From the sequence record DRR723986_5017: a stretch of DNA of 33,774 nt; one strand, 5' to 3'. The position numbers and the translations under genes were made by a program. Under the pieces are notes generated by a model. The model made no database searches. It saw only the letters and a list, made by a program, of their open reading frames with translations, and was not told the DNA's origin. Within the stretch, counting starts at the first letter, position 1. Each line of letters starts with the position of its first letter. Below, one piece after another: positions 1 through 9,516 of this stretch.

Positions 1-42
1 CTACGTCAGCTTGCAAACCTTCTACGTCAGTTTGGAAACACA
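1..42. repeat. Imperfect 21-bp tandem direct repeat at the window edge (CTACGTCAGCTTGCAAACCTT / CTACGTCAGTTTGGAAACACA)
   Basis: Read directly. In frame +1 it translates as LRQLANL-LRQFGNT-VP-stop (TGA at 49-51), so it may be the 3' end of an upstream gene. Confidence 0.5.
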
Positions 43-237
43 GTGCCGTGAACAGTAGAAGAAAAGTAGCCATAGATGCCTCAGCGGAAGTTTAGAAAGA
101 ACTTATCTCGATCTGGGGGTTGGATTCGGGGGGACCGCCAGCGGTCTTGCATGAACGGACTTGTTTCATTTCCTACCGAAATCATTTACCATCTTAACTG
201 AATACTCAGTTCTCGCCTCTCCGGGAGTTTGAATACG

Positions 238-876
238 ATGCATTCTCGCTTTGCTAAAGTTGTTGCTCTGGTCGCATGTACTTGTGTAGGCATTGTGTTC
301 TATTTGTACCGCACGGATGCTCCAGTTGTAGCAGAGTCAGCACCAACTCCCTACTACGTGTATGACTACTACGAGGCTGATGGAACCTACCAAGATGGTG
401 GAGGCATGGGGACCGGCGATCGCCTTGGGGTAGCTAAGTCCGTGCTGGATGAAGTAGGCGACTGCCCTGATTTCGCTGCCATAGCAGCAGAAGCAACTAC
501 TCGAGAGCAGTTTTTGATTCAGGAAGGCAGAACCGTCGATCCGAATAGCGTGTGGGATGTGCGTCTCGGCGAGGTGGAGACCGAGAATGGCCAGCAGCGT
601 TTCGCCGTGTTTGCGGCTCTCGGAAAAGACGTAGTCGACGAGGCACGCAATGCAGAATTTGTTCAAACAGACGCTATGGTCTATGAGATTTGGCAAACGT
701 CCAACGGTTCAGGATCGCCAATATTGCTCGACCGCAGCCTCATGTCTTTCCACGGTGTGCAAACTCACAGCGAGGTGCCGAACGAGAAAATTGACGTTCC
801 CGTGACTGGGGACCTTTTTGGCGGCGACGATGACGTGGGGTTTGTTGGTCCACCACCGGGGATGTTTGGGAACTAG
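238..876 (+). CDS. Hypothetical membrane-anchored or exported protein
   Basis: ORF 229..876. ATG at 238 is preferred because GGGAG lies at 223-227. Hydrophobic N-terminal segment VVALVACTCVGIVFYLY, then an acidic body. No family recognised. Confidence 0.7.
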   Translation: MHSRFAKVVALVACTCVGIVFYLYRTDAPVVAESAPTPYYVYDYYEADGTYQDGGGMGTGDRLGVAKSVLDEVGDCPDFAAIAAEATTREQFLIQEGRTVDPNSVWDVRLGEVETENGQQRFAVFAALGKDVVDEARNAEFVQTDAMVYEIWQTSNGSGSPILLDRSLMSFHGVQTHSEVPNEKIDVPVTGDLFGGDDDVGFVGPPPGMFGN

Positions 877-908
877 GAGCAAGCGACGACGACGGTGCCA
901 AGTCTTAG

Positions 909-1979
909 CTATTTGCGAATTCTCAATCTGGCAAATGCGCCCTCAGCACCGCACGCAAATACAGTATCGCCGATTGCCGTCACGGCGTGAAAAGAACGGC
1001 TGGAAGTGGGTTGCCAGTTTTGGGCGTCGGCTCCAGCATGCTCGCTACCGGTCGGTCCAACACAAATGAATCCACCGCCAAGTTCTTCTGGCAGTGGAGC
1101 CACGCAACTGCGATATTGCGTTGGGGGCGTGCGAGGAACCTTCCATGTCACTCCTCCGTTGCTACTGACTAACGCGGTCACCGCTGAGTCGTGGTCTGGT
1201 CGGTAATCACCGCCTACGCAGACCAAAGTCTCGCCAGCTCGGCAAAGTGAAAATATGCCCTGTGCGGGAGCGCTCGCCATTCCGACGGTTGTTACCGTTA
1301 ACGCCGCACCATACTTCGGCCGATGATACATGCGCGATCGAGTCGCCTGAGTGCCTCCGGTGCCGATCCAGAACTGGCCGCCATCGCCGAGGCAGAGCGA
1401 TGTGTTGCTGGCCGCGAACGCCGCTTCGCCGTCACGAGCTGTCGGTAACAAGCGATCCGGAATCGGCGACCAATTCCGCCCTCCGTCACTGGTCTCGACG
1501 ATCAACAGGCGTCCACCAACGGGATCACTTACAGCAATCCCATTGCGATCTTTCCAGAAACGCATGCAGTCAAAGAAAGCCGTTTCCGCGTCATTTCGGT
1601 AGACCTCGGTCCAGGATTCGCCGCCATTTGCCGTTCGTAAGATCACCGCTGGTGTGCCGGCAGACGCCAAACAGGCTACGGTGTCGCTAAACGCATGGAC
1701 GCACCGAAAGTCGACGCCATCGTAACCTTGCGGTCTCACGTCAGTCCAGCTATTGCCGCCGTTGCTACTGCGAAGCACAACTGTTCCACTACCGCTGAGC
1801 CAGATGCAATCTGGATTTGCGGCACTAATGCCACGGAAACTGGCCTGGCTTCCCGTCTTGCCGGTTTCCCATTCCAGATCCCGCGACGGCTGACTCGGTT
1901 GCGCCGGCGTGGTAGTGGCCAACGCCACGACAATTAACAATGAGTAGCAGATTCTGCGATGAACGGATCTGTTTTGCAT
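909..1979 (-). CDS. Secreted BNR/Asp-box beta-propeller protein (YCF48/HCF136-like)
   Basis: Signal peptide (LLIVVALATTTPA) and four Asp-box repeats: SSNGGNSW, TANGGESW, TSDGGRNW, SSNGGVTW. Also a GEAAFAASNT motif. ATG at 1979 chosen over TTG at 1991. Confidence 0.85.
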   Translation of the reverse strand: MQNRSVHRRICYSLLIVVALATTTPAQPSQPSRDLEWETGKTGSQASFRGISAANPDCIWLSGSGTVVLRSSNGGNSWTDVRPQGYDGVDFRCVHAFSDTVACLASAGTPAVILRTANGGESWTEVYRNDAETAFFDCMRFWKDRNGIAVSDPVGGRLLIVETSDGGRNWSPIPDRLLPTARDGEAAFAASNTSLCLGDGGQFWIGTGGTQATRSRMYHRPKYGAALTVTTVGMASAPAQGIFSLCRAGETLVCVGGDYRPDHDSAVTALVSSNGGVTWKVPRTPPTQYRSCVAPLPEELGGGFICVGPTGSEHAGADAQNWQPTSSRSFHAVTAIGDTVFACGAEGAFARLRIRK

Positions 1980-2029
1980 AGCGCTTCCCAAGGTGTCGAC
2001 TCAATCGCAGCATCCAACCAGGCGCGGTA

Positions 2030-2632
2030 CTATCCGCGGCCTTTCCCATCGTAGGTTGCCGATTCCGTGACGACTTTGTCCATGTAGATGTCGTGCGACT
2101 CACAAGGAATTTCTGGGAACATCTGAGACTCGAAAGCAATTGCTACCAGTGGGGCGTCGGGGCGTGCGTGCTCCAGCAATTTGTCATAGTAGCCCTTGCC
2201 GTGCCCAGTTCGACCACCGGTTGAATCGAACGCAACGCCGGGAACCATGATCAAATCGAGGTCTTCGGGCTTGAGCCGCTTTTCAGCCACTTCCCGAAGT
2301 TCGGCCTTGGGTTCGAGAATCTTGTACATGCCGACATCAAGTTCATCCATCGCCTCAAGATGGAACAGTTCAAGCTCGCCGTCGACACAGTAGGGAATCA
2401 CAATCCGTTTCCCCGACATCAGCGCTTCGGGAAATGCTTGCCGCGTTCTGACTTCATCGCGCACGTCAACGTAGAACATGACCGTGTTCGCCGCCTCGTA
2501 CTCGGAAAGCTGCATGAAGCGATTTACGATCTCGGTGCTGATCTCGTCCTTGTTTTCTTGGCTCTTGCGGTTCGCATGAGCCGCTTTGCGAATCTCTTGT
2601 TTCTTGGCACTTGTATCGGGTACTGCGTTCAT
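2030..2632 (-). CDS. ygfA: 5-formyltetrahydrofolate cyclo-ligase
   Basis: N-terminal K-x-x-I-R-K helix, DEV, ILEP and the family signature DLIMVPGVAFD-x-x-GGRTGHGKGYYD, followed by HDIYMDKVVTE. Confidence 0.95.
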   Translation of the reverse strand: MNAVPDTSAKKQEIRKAAHANRKSQENKDEISTEIVNRFMQLSEYEAANTVMFYVDVRDEVRTRQAFPEALMSGKRIVIPYCVDGELELFHLEAMDELDVGMYKILEPKAELREVAEKRLKPEDLDLIMVPGVAFDSTGGRTGHGKGYYDKLLEHARPDAPLVAIAFESQMFPEIPCESHDIYMDKVVTESATYDGKGRG

Positions 2633-2741
2633 ATCTTCGACGTGTCAAATAAGGCGCGGACGGAGAGTTGAGAGTTCGGACGACCAGTCACTAAGCGACT
2701 CCATCGCCGCCGCCATCGGCCGAACGCCCACCGAGCCACAG

Positions 2742-2770
2742 ATTATAGCGGCCCAAGGCCGTTCTGTTGA
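2742..2770 (-). promoter_or_regulatory. Putative sigma70 promoter for ygfA and the beta-propeller gene
   Basis: Minus strand reads TCAACA (2770-2765), 17 bp, TATAAT (2747-2742), about 110 bp upstream of the ygfA start. Confidence 0.55.
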
Positions 2771-2811
2771 TTGCCCTCGAATGCTGCAAAACAGAGCGTG
2801 GACTTCAAGAT

Positions 2812-2957
2812 TTTTGACACCAGGGCAAGTCAAAGTTTGAATCGGTAACAGATAATGGCCCGGCTGTCCCACCCGATGCCCTACCGAACCACGACTCGGC
2901 CAACCGTGCATACTCTATGCAAGTTGCAACTCTGGTTACCCCTGATTTTGACACCAG
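2812..2957. repeat. 12-bp direct repeat TTTTGACACCAG with two palindromes between the copies
   Basis: Copies at 2812-2823 and 2946-2957. TGCATA-CTC-TATGCA at 2907-2921 and AGTTGCAACT at 2922-2931. Confidence 0.55.
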
Positions 2958-3137
2958 CCGAGTTGCCTAACGGTTTGTCCGATGGCAATAATGATGTCCA
3001 GCATTCTTTGGCTGCCAACTTTGAGTAGGATGGGTGCGCGAGATCTAATTCGCTCTCTTTAAAGCAGCCAGGTTTCGGCGAGCAATCCGCGGTCAGGGCG
3101 AGGTGGATAGGAAGTACGTCCTAGGAGGGGCTAATGC

Positions 3138-4373
3138 ATGGATAGCAGCTTGACGACGAACGATGAGTTCACGGACTTTGGGCCCGATCCGTACTTCCCA
3201 TATCCGCTTCCACCCATGCAGCGCGTCGACGGGGAGGAGCACGCGGAGCTTCGTAAGGCAGTTCGGCAGTTCGCCCCGAATTGTCCTGGCGTCTATGGAA
3301 TGCTCGACCCGCTCGGTCGGCTCATCTACGTTGGAAAGTCGAAGCGGCTGCGTGGCAGGTTGCTCAGCTACTTTCTGCCCAAGGACGAAGATGATAAGTC
3401 GGGCAGAATCATTGACGGCAGCCATGGGATTGTCTGGCAGCCGCAGCCCAGTGAATTTGCTGCTCTCCTGCGCGAGCAGTATTTGATTCGTCGCTTTCAG
3501 CCGCGATTCAACGTACAAGGAATCCCCAAGCGTCAGCAGCCAATCTACATCTGCTTGGGTAAGGCACCGGCGGAGTACTTGTTCACGTCCAGACAACCTG
3601 TGCCAGACACAACGATGCAGCTTGGGCCGCTGTACGGGGCCAGTCGAGCGTCGCGGGCTGTGGAGGTTTTGAATCGCCACTACAAACTGAGGGATTGCAG
3701 TAGTAAGCAGCCGTGCGGCTTCAGCGATCAGTTGCAATTGTTTGATATCGAGCTTCGCCCCGGGTGCTTGCGGCTAGAGATCGACACCTGTCTGGGACCA
3801 TGCATTAACGCTTGCTCACGAGGAGCATACGAGAAGCACGTCGAGATGGCGAAAGAGTTCTTGCTCGGGCGCGACGAATCACCAAGCGAGTCGATTGAAC
3901 TGCAAATGTATCGACTCGCGCAGCAGAAGCACTACGAACGTGCGGGAGTCTTGAGGGACGATCTTCGCTGTGTTCGCTGGCTCACCAAGCGAGCGGGGGA
4001 TATCAAGAGTGCCAAAGAGAAGTATACGTTTGTTTACGCGGTCAAAGGCGTCGACTGTGGCAAACAACTCGGGATGCCGTCAGACGCGTATGATGTTTGG
4101 TATCTGATTCGTCGCGGTGTTCTTGAAGGAGCCATCGCGCCTCCGCTGGCCGAGGCAGCACGAAGACGAGTTCGGTCGCAGCTACGTCGTTGGATACAAG
4201 CCGAGGAGACCGTCGGCGGCGACACCGCGGCCCGCCCTGAAACACTTGCGCTGATCACAAGTTGGTTCCGTAACAACACAGCGGAACTTGATCATGCATT
4301 CGTTCCCGGCGAACAACGTGCTCCAGCTAGACGGCGATTGCGAGTTAAGAAAAAGACAAAGTTATCCAGCTAG
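3138..4373 (+). CDS. UvrC-family (Cho-like) GIY-YIG endonuclease with Cys-rich region and UVR domain, lacking the RNase H-like and HhH C-terminal half
   Basis: PGVYGM...IYVGKSKRLRGRLLSYF and ALLREQYLIRRFQPRFN (GIY-YIG). LRDC...CLRLEIDTCLGPC (UvrC Cys cluster). MYRLAQQKHYERAGVLRD (UVR). RBS AGGAGG upstream. Confidence 0.9.
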   Translation: MDSSLTTNDEFTDFGPDPYFPYPLPPMQRVDGEEHAELRKAVRQFAPNCPGVYGMLDPLGRLIYVGKSKRLRGRLLSYFLPKDEDDKSGRIIDGSHGIVWQPQPSEFAALLREQYLIRRFQPRFNVQGIPKRQQPIYICLGKAPAEYLFTSRQPVPDTTMQLGPLYGASRASRAVEVLNRHYKLRDCSSKQPCGFSDQLQLFDIELRPGCLRLEIDTCLGPCINACSRGAYEKHVEMAKEFLLGRDESPSESIELQMYRLAQQKHYERAGVLRDDLRCVRWLTKRAGDIKSAKEKYTFVYAVKGVDCGKQLGMPSDAYDVWYLIRRGVLEGAIAPPLAEAARRRVRSQLRRWIQAEETVGGDTAARPETLALITSWFRNNTAELDHAFVPGEQRAPARRRLRVKKKTKLSS

Positions 4374-4396
4374 TCACCAAAGTGCATAAACTGAAC

Positions 4397-6193
4397 ATGA
4401 TTCGATCACTATACAGCCTGCTGATTTGCTTCTGCGTGCAACTTGGTGGCCTCGCCAGCGCGGCCGACCTGGACGGTCCACCAAACATCTTGATCATCAC
4501 CGTCGATGACATGAATTGCGATTCGGTGGGCGTCTACGGTTGCCCGGTGCCTGAAACGACGCCGAATATCGATAGTTTCGCACGCACCGCAATGCGGTTT
4601 ACCCATGCGCATGTCCAGGTCGGCAACTGCATGCCGTCACGCAACGTGATGTGGTCGGGCCGTTACCCGCACAACAACGGGGTGGAAGGGGTTTACCCGA
4701 ATCCGAAACCTGACTATCCCGTGCTATGTGACTTGGCCAAAGGCGCCGGCTACTTCACTGCGATTCGGCATAAGGTTTCCCACTCGACGCCCTACTCTCC
4801 CTACGGCTGGGATCTGGACCTGGGCGAAGGCGAGCCCAAGCCACATGTGAAAGACGCGGCCAGTTATGGTGCGAGCACGCGCAAAGGCATTGCAGCAGCA
4901 CAGCTAGCCGGGAAAAAGTTCTGCCTGACGATCAACATCTCTGACCCGCACAAACCGTTCTACTCGGAAGTGAAGCAAGGCGAGGATCCCCATGTACCCA
5001 GTCGGATATACGATGCCGATGAAGTGTCGGTTCCGGGGTTCTTGCCAGATGATTCTGTCGTGCGACAAGAGCTAGCGCTTTACTACTCGTCGGTTCGGCG
5101 GGCTGACGACGCCGTGGGTGAGATCCTGACGGCGCTGGCCGAGAGCGACGAAGAGCGTTCAACCTTGGTCATGTTCCTATCAGATCATGGCATGCCGCTG
5201 CCATTCGCAAAAACGCAACTTTATCATCACAGCACGCGGACTCCGTTGATGATCCGCTATCCCGGAACGACTCGCCCAGACACCGTAGACGCCGAACACA
5301 TGGTTTCCGCAGTGGACCTGCTGCCAACACTGTTGGATGTTTGGGATGGAACGCTGCCCAAGTCGCTTGACGGGCGATCGTTTCTGCCTCTCCTGCACGG
5401 GCAGACGCAACAGAGTCGTGATTTTGTCGTAAAGGAATACAATGAAAATTCGGGTGCCAAGCGCAACCCAATGCGAGCGATACAGACCAAGCAGTTTCTC
5501 TACATTTTTAATCCATGGGCCAATGGCAGCCGCAAAATGGCGACGGCCACCAATGGCACACGAACCTATCGGCGCATGCGTGAGCTTGCCCAATCTGACT
5601 CGGACGTTGCCAAGCGGCTTGACCTGGCTGATTTCAGAGTTGTCGAGGAGCTTTACGACGTTAGTCGTGATCCTGACTGCCTAGAAAACCTGACCGACTC
5701 ATCGAGACACCATTCGGTCATGAGCGAGCTTCGGAATTTGCTACTCAAGGAGCTTGTGCGAACAGGCGATCCGGTTGCAGCTCTGCTGATTGAGCGAGAC
5801 AAGTCTGCAATGGAAGCCTTCGTGGTCGAGCAGCAGTCCGAAGCTGACCAACGGCGTTCTCGTCGTCGCAATCAGAATTCTGCAAAGGTACAACGACTGC
5901 GCGGAATTATCGAACTCAGTGTCGATCACATTGATGCAGCGGATCCGACCGCGGTGGTCGTCCGCGTTCCGCATAAGTTACCCAAACGCCTCGGAAAACA
6001 GAAGCTTCAGGTTACGTTGAAGGACGTTGAGGGCAAGCGAATTCGGCGGCAGATAGTTGAGGTAGCGGGGAGCGGCGAAGCGATCGTCCGCTTTGCATTG
6101 CCAGACAACCGATTGGCGGTGGGATCAGTGGCTGCCTTTGTTGGAAAGCACTACGGGGCTCACTACGAGCATCTGCAGGTTACGCTGAAGTAG
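4397..6193 (+). CDS. Secreted formylglycine-dependent sulfatase (S1, sulfamidase-like) with C-terminal extension
   Basis: Signal peptide; PNILIITVDD; CMPSR (CxPxR); SGRYPH; DPHKPF; SDHGMP; EELYD-x-x-x-DP. Start is GTG 4382 or ATG 4397. Confidence 0.93.
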   Translation: MIRSLYSLLICFCVQLGGLASAADLDGPPNILIITVDDMNCDSVGVYGCPVPETTPNIDSFARTAMRFTHAHVQVGNCMPSRNVMWSGRYPHNNGVEGVYPNPKPDYPVLCDLAKGAGYFTAIRHKVSHSTPYSPYGWDLDLGEGEPKPHVKDAASYGASTRKGIAAAQLAGKKFCLTINISDPHKPFYSEVKQGEDPHVPSRIYDADEVSVPGFLPDDSVVRQELALYYSSVRRADDAVGEILTALAESDEERSTLVMFLSDHGMPLPFAKTQLYHHSTRTPLMIRYPGTTRPDTVDAEHMVSAVDLLPTLLDVWDGTLPKSLDGRSFLPLLHGQTQQSRDFVVKEYNENSGAKRNPMRAIQTKQFLYIFNPWANGSRKMATATNGTRTYRRMRELAQSDSDVAKRLDLADFRVVEELYDVSRDPDCLENLTDSSRHHSVMSELRNLLLKELVRTGDPVAALLIERDKSAMEAFVVEQQSEADQRRSRRRNQNSAKVQRLRGIIELSVDHIDAADPTAVVVRVPHKLPKRLGKQKLQVTLKDVEGKRIRRQIVEVAGSGEAIVRFALPDNRLAVGSVAAFVGKHYGAHYEHLQVTLK

Positions 6194-6245
6194 TCGCTGC
6201 TCTTTTCTAGCTGCCGTAACGTAACACTCGCTAAGTTTGTTTGGA

Positions 6246-6932
6246 ATGGACTGGATGGGCGACAGTTCCGAAGTTGACGCACTGTATCTCCAAGTAGAAG
6301 GCTTGCTTCGGCAAGAATGCGAAACCGACGATTATGCACAGAAGCGTAACTTGGTCGAAGAGGCGATTTCGATAGCGAACTCTCTGGTTTCTGACTCGCC
6401 CCAAGTCGCCGATTCGCATTACTTGCTGGGGCTAGCCTGGTACCACCATCCAAACGCGACCCAAGATCGTTTCCAGAAATGCCAAGCATCGTTTGCGATG
6501 GCTCTGCAGCTTGATCCCGGCCACCATTTCGCGAACCAATACCTTGGTTACGCATATTTCGACGCAGGCAAGTACTCAGACGCACACCGGTGCTTTGATG
6601 CAACAGACCATGATTTCTTCGAGTCGCACGAACAGAAGTGGAGATCGCTCAAGGCAACTGAACTGGCATTAGTTTGTCGACTGCGGAGTGACCAGGCGAT
6701 TGAAGAGCAGCACCTGCAGCATTTCTTCGCTGACTACCTTGCCGAGGAGTGCCAAGCCATTCCGAACACTGCTGTTCCCCTGGAATTGCGGCGTTGCGCT
6801 GAGTGGCTATATGACCGAAATGGCGATGCTGAAGCCGAACCACTTCGCTCTATCGTCGACTTCCTTCACGCTTGCGGCGACCTAGCTCGCTCCGATCACG
6901 CGGCCTTAAGAGCCAGTCGCAATTCTCAATAG
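6246..6932 (+). CDS. TPR-repeat protein
   Basis: TPR-like helices ADSHYLLGLAWY, ALQLDPGH and ANQYLGYAYFDAGKYSDAHRCF. Start uncertain (6237, 6246 or 6255). Confidence 0.75.
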   Translation: MDWMGDSSEVDALYLQVEGLLRQECETDDYAQKRNLVEEAISIANSLVSDSPQVADSHYLLGLAWYHHPNATQDRFQKCQASFAMALQLDPGHHFANQYLGYAYFDAGKYSDAHRCFDATDHDFFESHEQKWRSLKATELALVCRLRSDQAIEEQHLQHFFADYLAEECQAIPNTAVPLELRRCAEWLYDRNGDAEAEPLRSIVDFLHACGDLARSDHAALRASRNSQ

Positions 6933-7023
6933 CTTGTGCGACGTGACCGCAATGATATCGATCGGCAAACCGTGCGGATGCCCCAGGACTCAACGGGCGG
7001 CGTGTGAAACGCTAACCGAAACG

Positions 7024-9516
7024 TTACTGCGAATCTGATTCAACGCTTTGCTTGATCGAATCTCGGAGCATTCGGTATTGCGAATTGTTGCCGGAGAGCG
7101 TCAGGGCCTTCTCGGCCCACTGGAGCGCCTCTTCGAGCTTGTCATTCTCCTGCAGAATCATGGCTGCAGCCTGGGCAAACTGAGCGTTTTCGTCGTCAAT
7201 GTTGGCGGCGTTCAACAGTCGTTCTTCTGCACGTTGCAAAGCGCCTTCGACTAACTCGCGATTCAGATACAGTGACAATCCAAGGCGGTACTGAATTGCG
7301 GCACTCGATGGCAGTAGATCCGCGTCTCGTTCAAGCAATTGCAGCTCCTCCAGGCGAAGTTGATTAATCTTCTCGACCGTCTTCTCTCGGACCTTTGGAC
7401 TGATTCCGCCCGTTTCGAGACCTCTCTCAAGTGCTGCTGCCCAGTTTGTGCGTGGCCCGGTGACGAGCGGTTCTGTGGAAACGGCATCGTTGTAATGTTC
7501 AATCGCCTGAACCAGACGTCCCTCTAGCTCCGCCAAGATGCCCAACGACATGTGCGCGCCACTGCGATCAGAACTGAACTCCAATCCAACTCTAAGCTCC
7601 TTAAGGGCCGATCTCAGGGCGGCGCTACGCTGATTGCTTAGAAGCTGCCGTGGGAGGTTCAGTAAATTCCGCGCTGCGCTGACGCGAACAATTCGTCGCT
7701 CGTCGTCCAAGGCCTGTTCAAGTAGTTTGACAGCTACGTTCGGGCTCGAATGACCTGGCAGAACACGAGTTGCCGCCTCTCGGACCAGCGGGCTGGAATC
7801 CAGGATGGCAAATTCGGCGAACTCAGCAGCCTCCGCGGGATGGAAGTTGCTCAGCTCAACCAATACGGTCGCTCGTGCAATTGCCGGCGCTGCGGCACCT
7901 GTCCGCTGCAGCAGCCTATTGACAACAGCAACTGCGTCCGGTGCATTTGTCTGTGCAGCATGAATGGCCTCGCCGAAATGGGGCGGTATTTGTCGTTTGT
8001 CGCCGTACCACTTCTCACAGGCCTCATCACACCAAGCATTTGCCCGTTCAATCTCAGCCTGAACTTCGGCATCGCCATCGCGGGCGGCCGACATCCAATC
8101 TTGGTAGAGACGCAGGCCGTCGCGTTTCTCAGCCGAAACATTCTCTTTCTCTAAATGGCAACCGGTGCATGCATTTGGAGTGCCAAGTTTGGTGCTGAGG
8201 TCTGGACGCGGAATGCGAAGCGAATGGTCGCGGCGAGGATCGACGTCCATGTAGGTCGACGAAGGCATGTGGCAGTTCACACATCTTGCACCTTCGCTGC
8301 CAGTTTTGTGGAAGTGATGCGCCACTGAGTCATACTTGGCAGCGGGGTGCTGGTGACAAGATGTGCACACTGCATTTCCATCGTGCTTTAGGCGTGCCGA
8401 ATGCGGATCGTGGCAATCCGAACAACGAATCCCCTTGTGATACATTTTGCTTTGGATGAAGGAGCCATGTACGTAGTCCTCATCCAGAATCTGCCCGTCG
8501 GGGTAGTAGATGTCTGCGGTCAGGAACTGGTTGGAATAGTAGTCATAGTAGTTGTCGCCTGCCGTGAAATCGCCGTCGATCACGTTGCGTCGACTGTGGC
8601 AAGGCGCACAAGCTTGAATCTGGTTTTCAGCGGTAGCCTTGAGATCCGCAAGCCCGTAGCCACGATCGCGACTCCAACCTGGGAACCACCGTTGAGCAAG
8701 TTCGACGTGGACACTGCCTGGTCCGTGGCAGGCTTCGCAGGAAACATCAATCTCGAAAAAGCTTGATTGATACTCCCCTCGGGACACAGCCGTATCCACA
8801 TCCAATGGCCCGCTGACACCACTTGTCTCGGTGGAAGAATCTGTTTTGCTAACAAACTGAGTATGTGACTTTGGAACGGTGAAATTCTTTTGATAACTGG
8901 TGGAATGACACTCGGCACACATCGTGTTCCATCGTTGTGCGATCCCGGTCCAGTGCAAGTCGTCGGCCGGTGCGAGTGCTTCACGCACATCCGGCGGAGA
9001 GAGAAAGAACCACTGGCGTTTCTCCGTGTCCCATGAAATCCTTAGCACCTGCACGCGTGGCAGAGCACCTTCGGCAACGGTCTGGCCCTCTGCGGGCACC
9101 TCGACCATGTACTGCTGGAGCGGCTCGACTCCGAATACATACTTCACTTCGAAGTCTGCCATCCGGCCATCCGGACCTTGGGTGTTCACCATGAACCGTT
9201 TGCCGTCGCGAAACATACGACTAACCGTCCCGTAGTGCTCCAGGGTCGCGTCATCGAAGTCCGCTAGAACGGTCGCATCCGTGGCCGGCTGCATCGCGTC
9301 ATCGTGATGAGAGTGGGCGAAACGCTCCGCTTCGGCCTGGTGGCAGGACACACAACTCTCTCGGCCAACATACTCGGCTGCCGAGACATCAAACCTGCCG
9401 TCTTGGTCCTTGACGACCGAGTTGGAAGATTTTGTGCAACCAACGAAACAGTGGCAGGCCGCGAAGATCGCAACGGCGAGAACGCATCGTTGCGAATCGG
9501 TTAAACTATCCATCAT
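7024..9516 (-). CDS. Octaheme cytochrome c with HEAT and TPR repeats, possibly a lipoprotein
   Basis: Eight CxxCH motifs: CVSCH, CAECH, CEACH, CAPCH, CSDCH, CTSCH, CVNCH, CTGCH. HEAT-like DSSPLVREAA and DDERRIVRVSAA, then TPR-like helices. Signal region ends in FVGC. Start moved to ATG 9516 because the longer ORF overlaps the divergent gene. Confidence 0.9.
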   Translation of the reverse strand: MMDSLTDSQRCVLAVAIFAACHCFVGCTKSSNSVVKDQDGRFDVSAAEYVGRESCVSCHQAEAERFAHSHHDDAMQPATDATVLADFDDATLEHYGTVSRMFRDGKRFMVNTQGPDGRMADFEVKYVFGVEPLQQYMVEVPAEGQTVAEGALPRVQVLRISWDTEKRQWFFLSPPDVREALAPADDLHWTGIAQRWNTMCAECHSTSYQKNFTVPKSHTQFVSKTDSSTETSGVSGPLDVDTAVSRGEYQSSFFEIDVSCEACHGPGSVHVELAQRWFPGWSRDRGYGLADLKATAENQIQACAPCHSRRNVIDGDFTAGDNYYDYYSNQFLTADIYYPDGQILDEDYVHGSFIQSKMYHKGIRCSDCHDPHSARLKHDGNAVCTSCHQHPAAKYDSVAHHFHKTGSEGARCVNCHMPSSTYMDVDPRRDHSLRIPRPDLSTKLGTPNACTGCHLEKENVSAEKRDGLRLYQDWMSAARDGDAEVQAEIERANAWCDEACEKWYGDKRQIPPHFGEAIHAAQTNAPDAVAVVNRLLQRTGAAAPAIARATVLVELSNFHPAEAAEFAEFAILDSSPLVREAATRVLPGHSSPNVAVKLLEQALDDERRIVRVSAARNLLNLPRQLLSNQRSAALRSALKELRVGLEFSSDRSGAHMSLGILAELEGRLVQAIEHYNDAVSTEPLVTGPRTNWAAALERGLETGGISPKVREKTVEKINQLRLEELQLLERDADLLPSSAAIQYRLGLSLYLNRELVEGALQRAEERLLNAANIDDENAQFAQAAAMILQENDKLEEALQWAEKALTLSGNNSQYRMLRDSIKQSVESDSQ

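Noticed and set aside
2633-2830. 6S RNA (ssrS) upstream of ygfA
   Set aside because: The ssrS-ygfA linkage is common in other bacteria. Here the best promoter leaves only about 100 nt of leader, and I could not see the long rod with a central bulge. An Infernal search with the 6S model would settle it.
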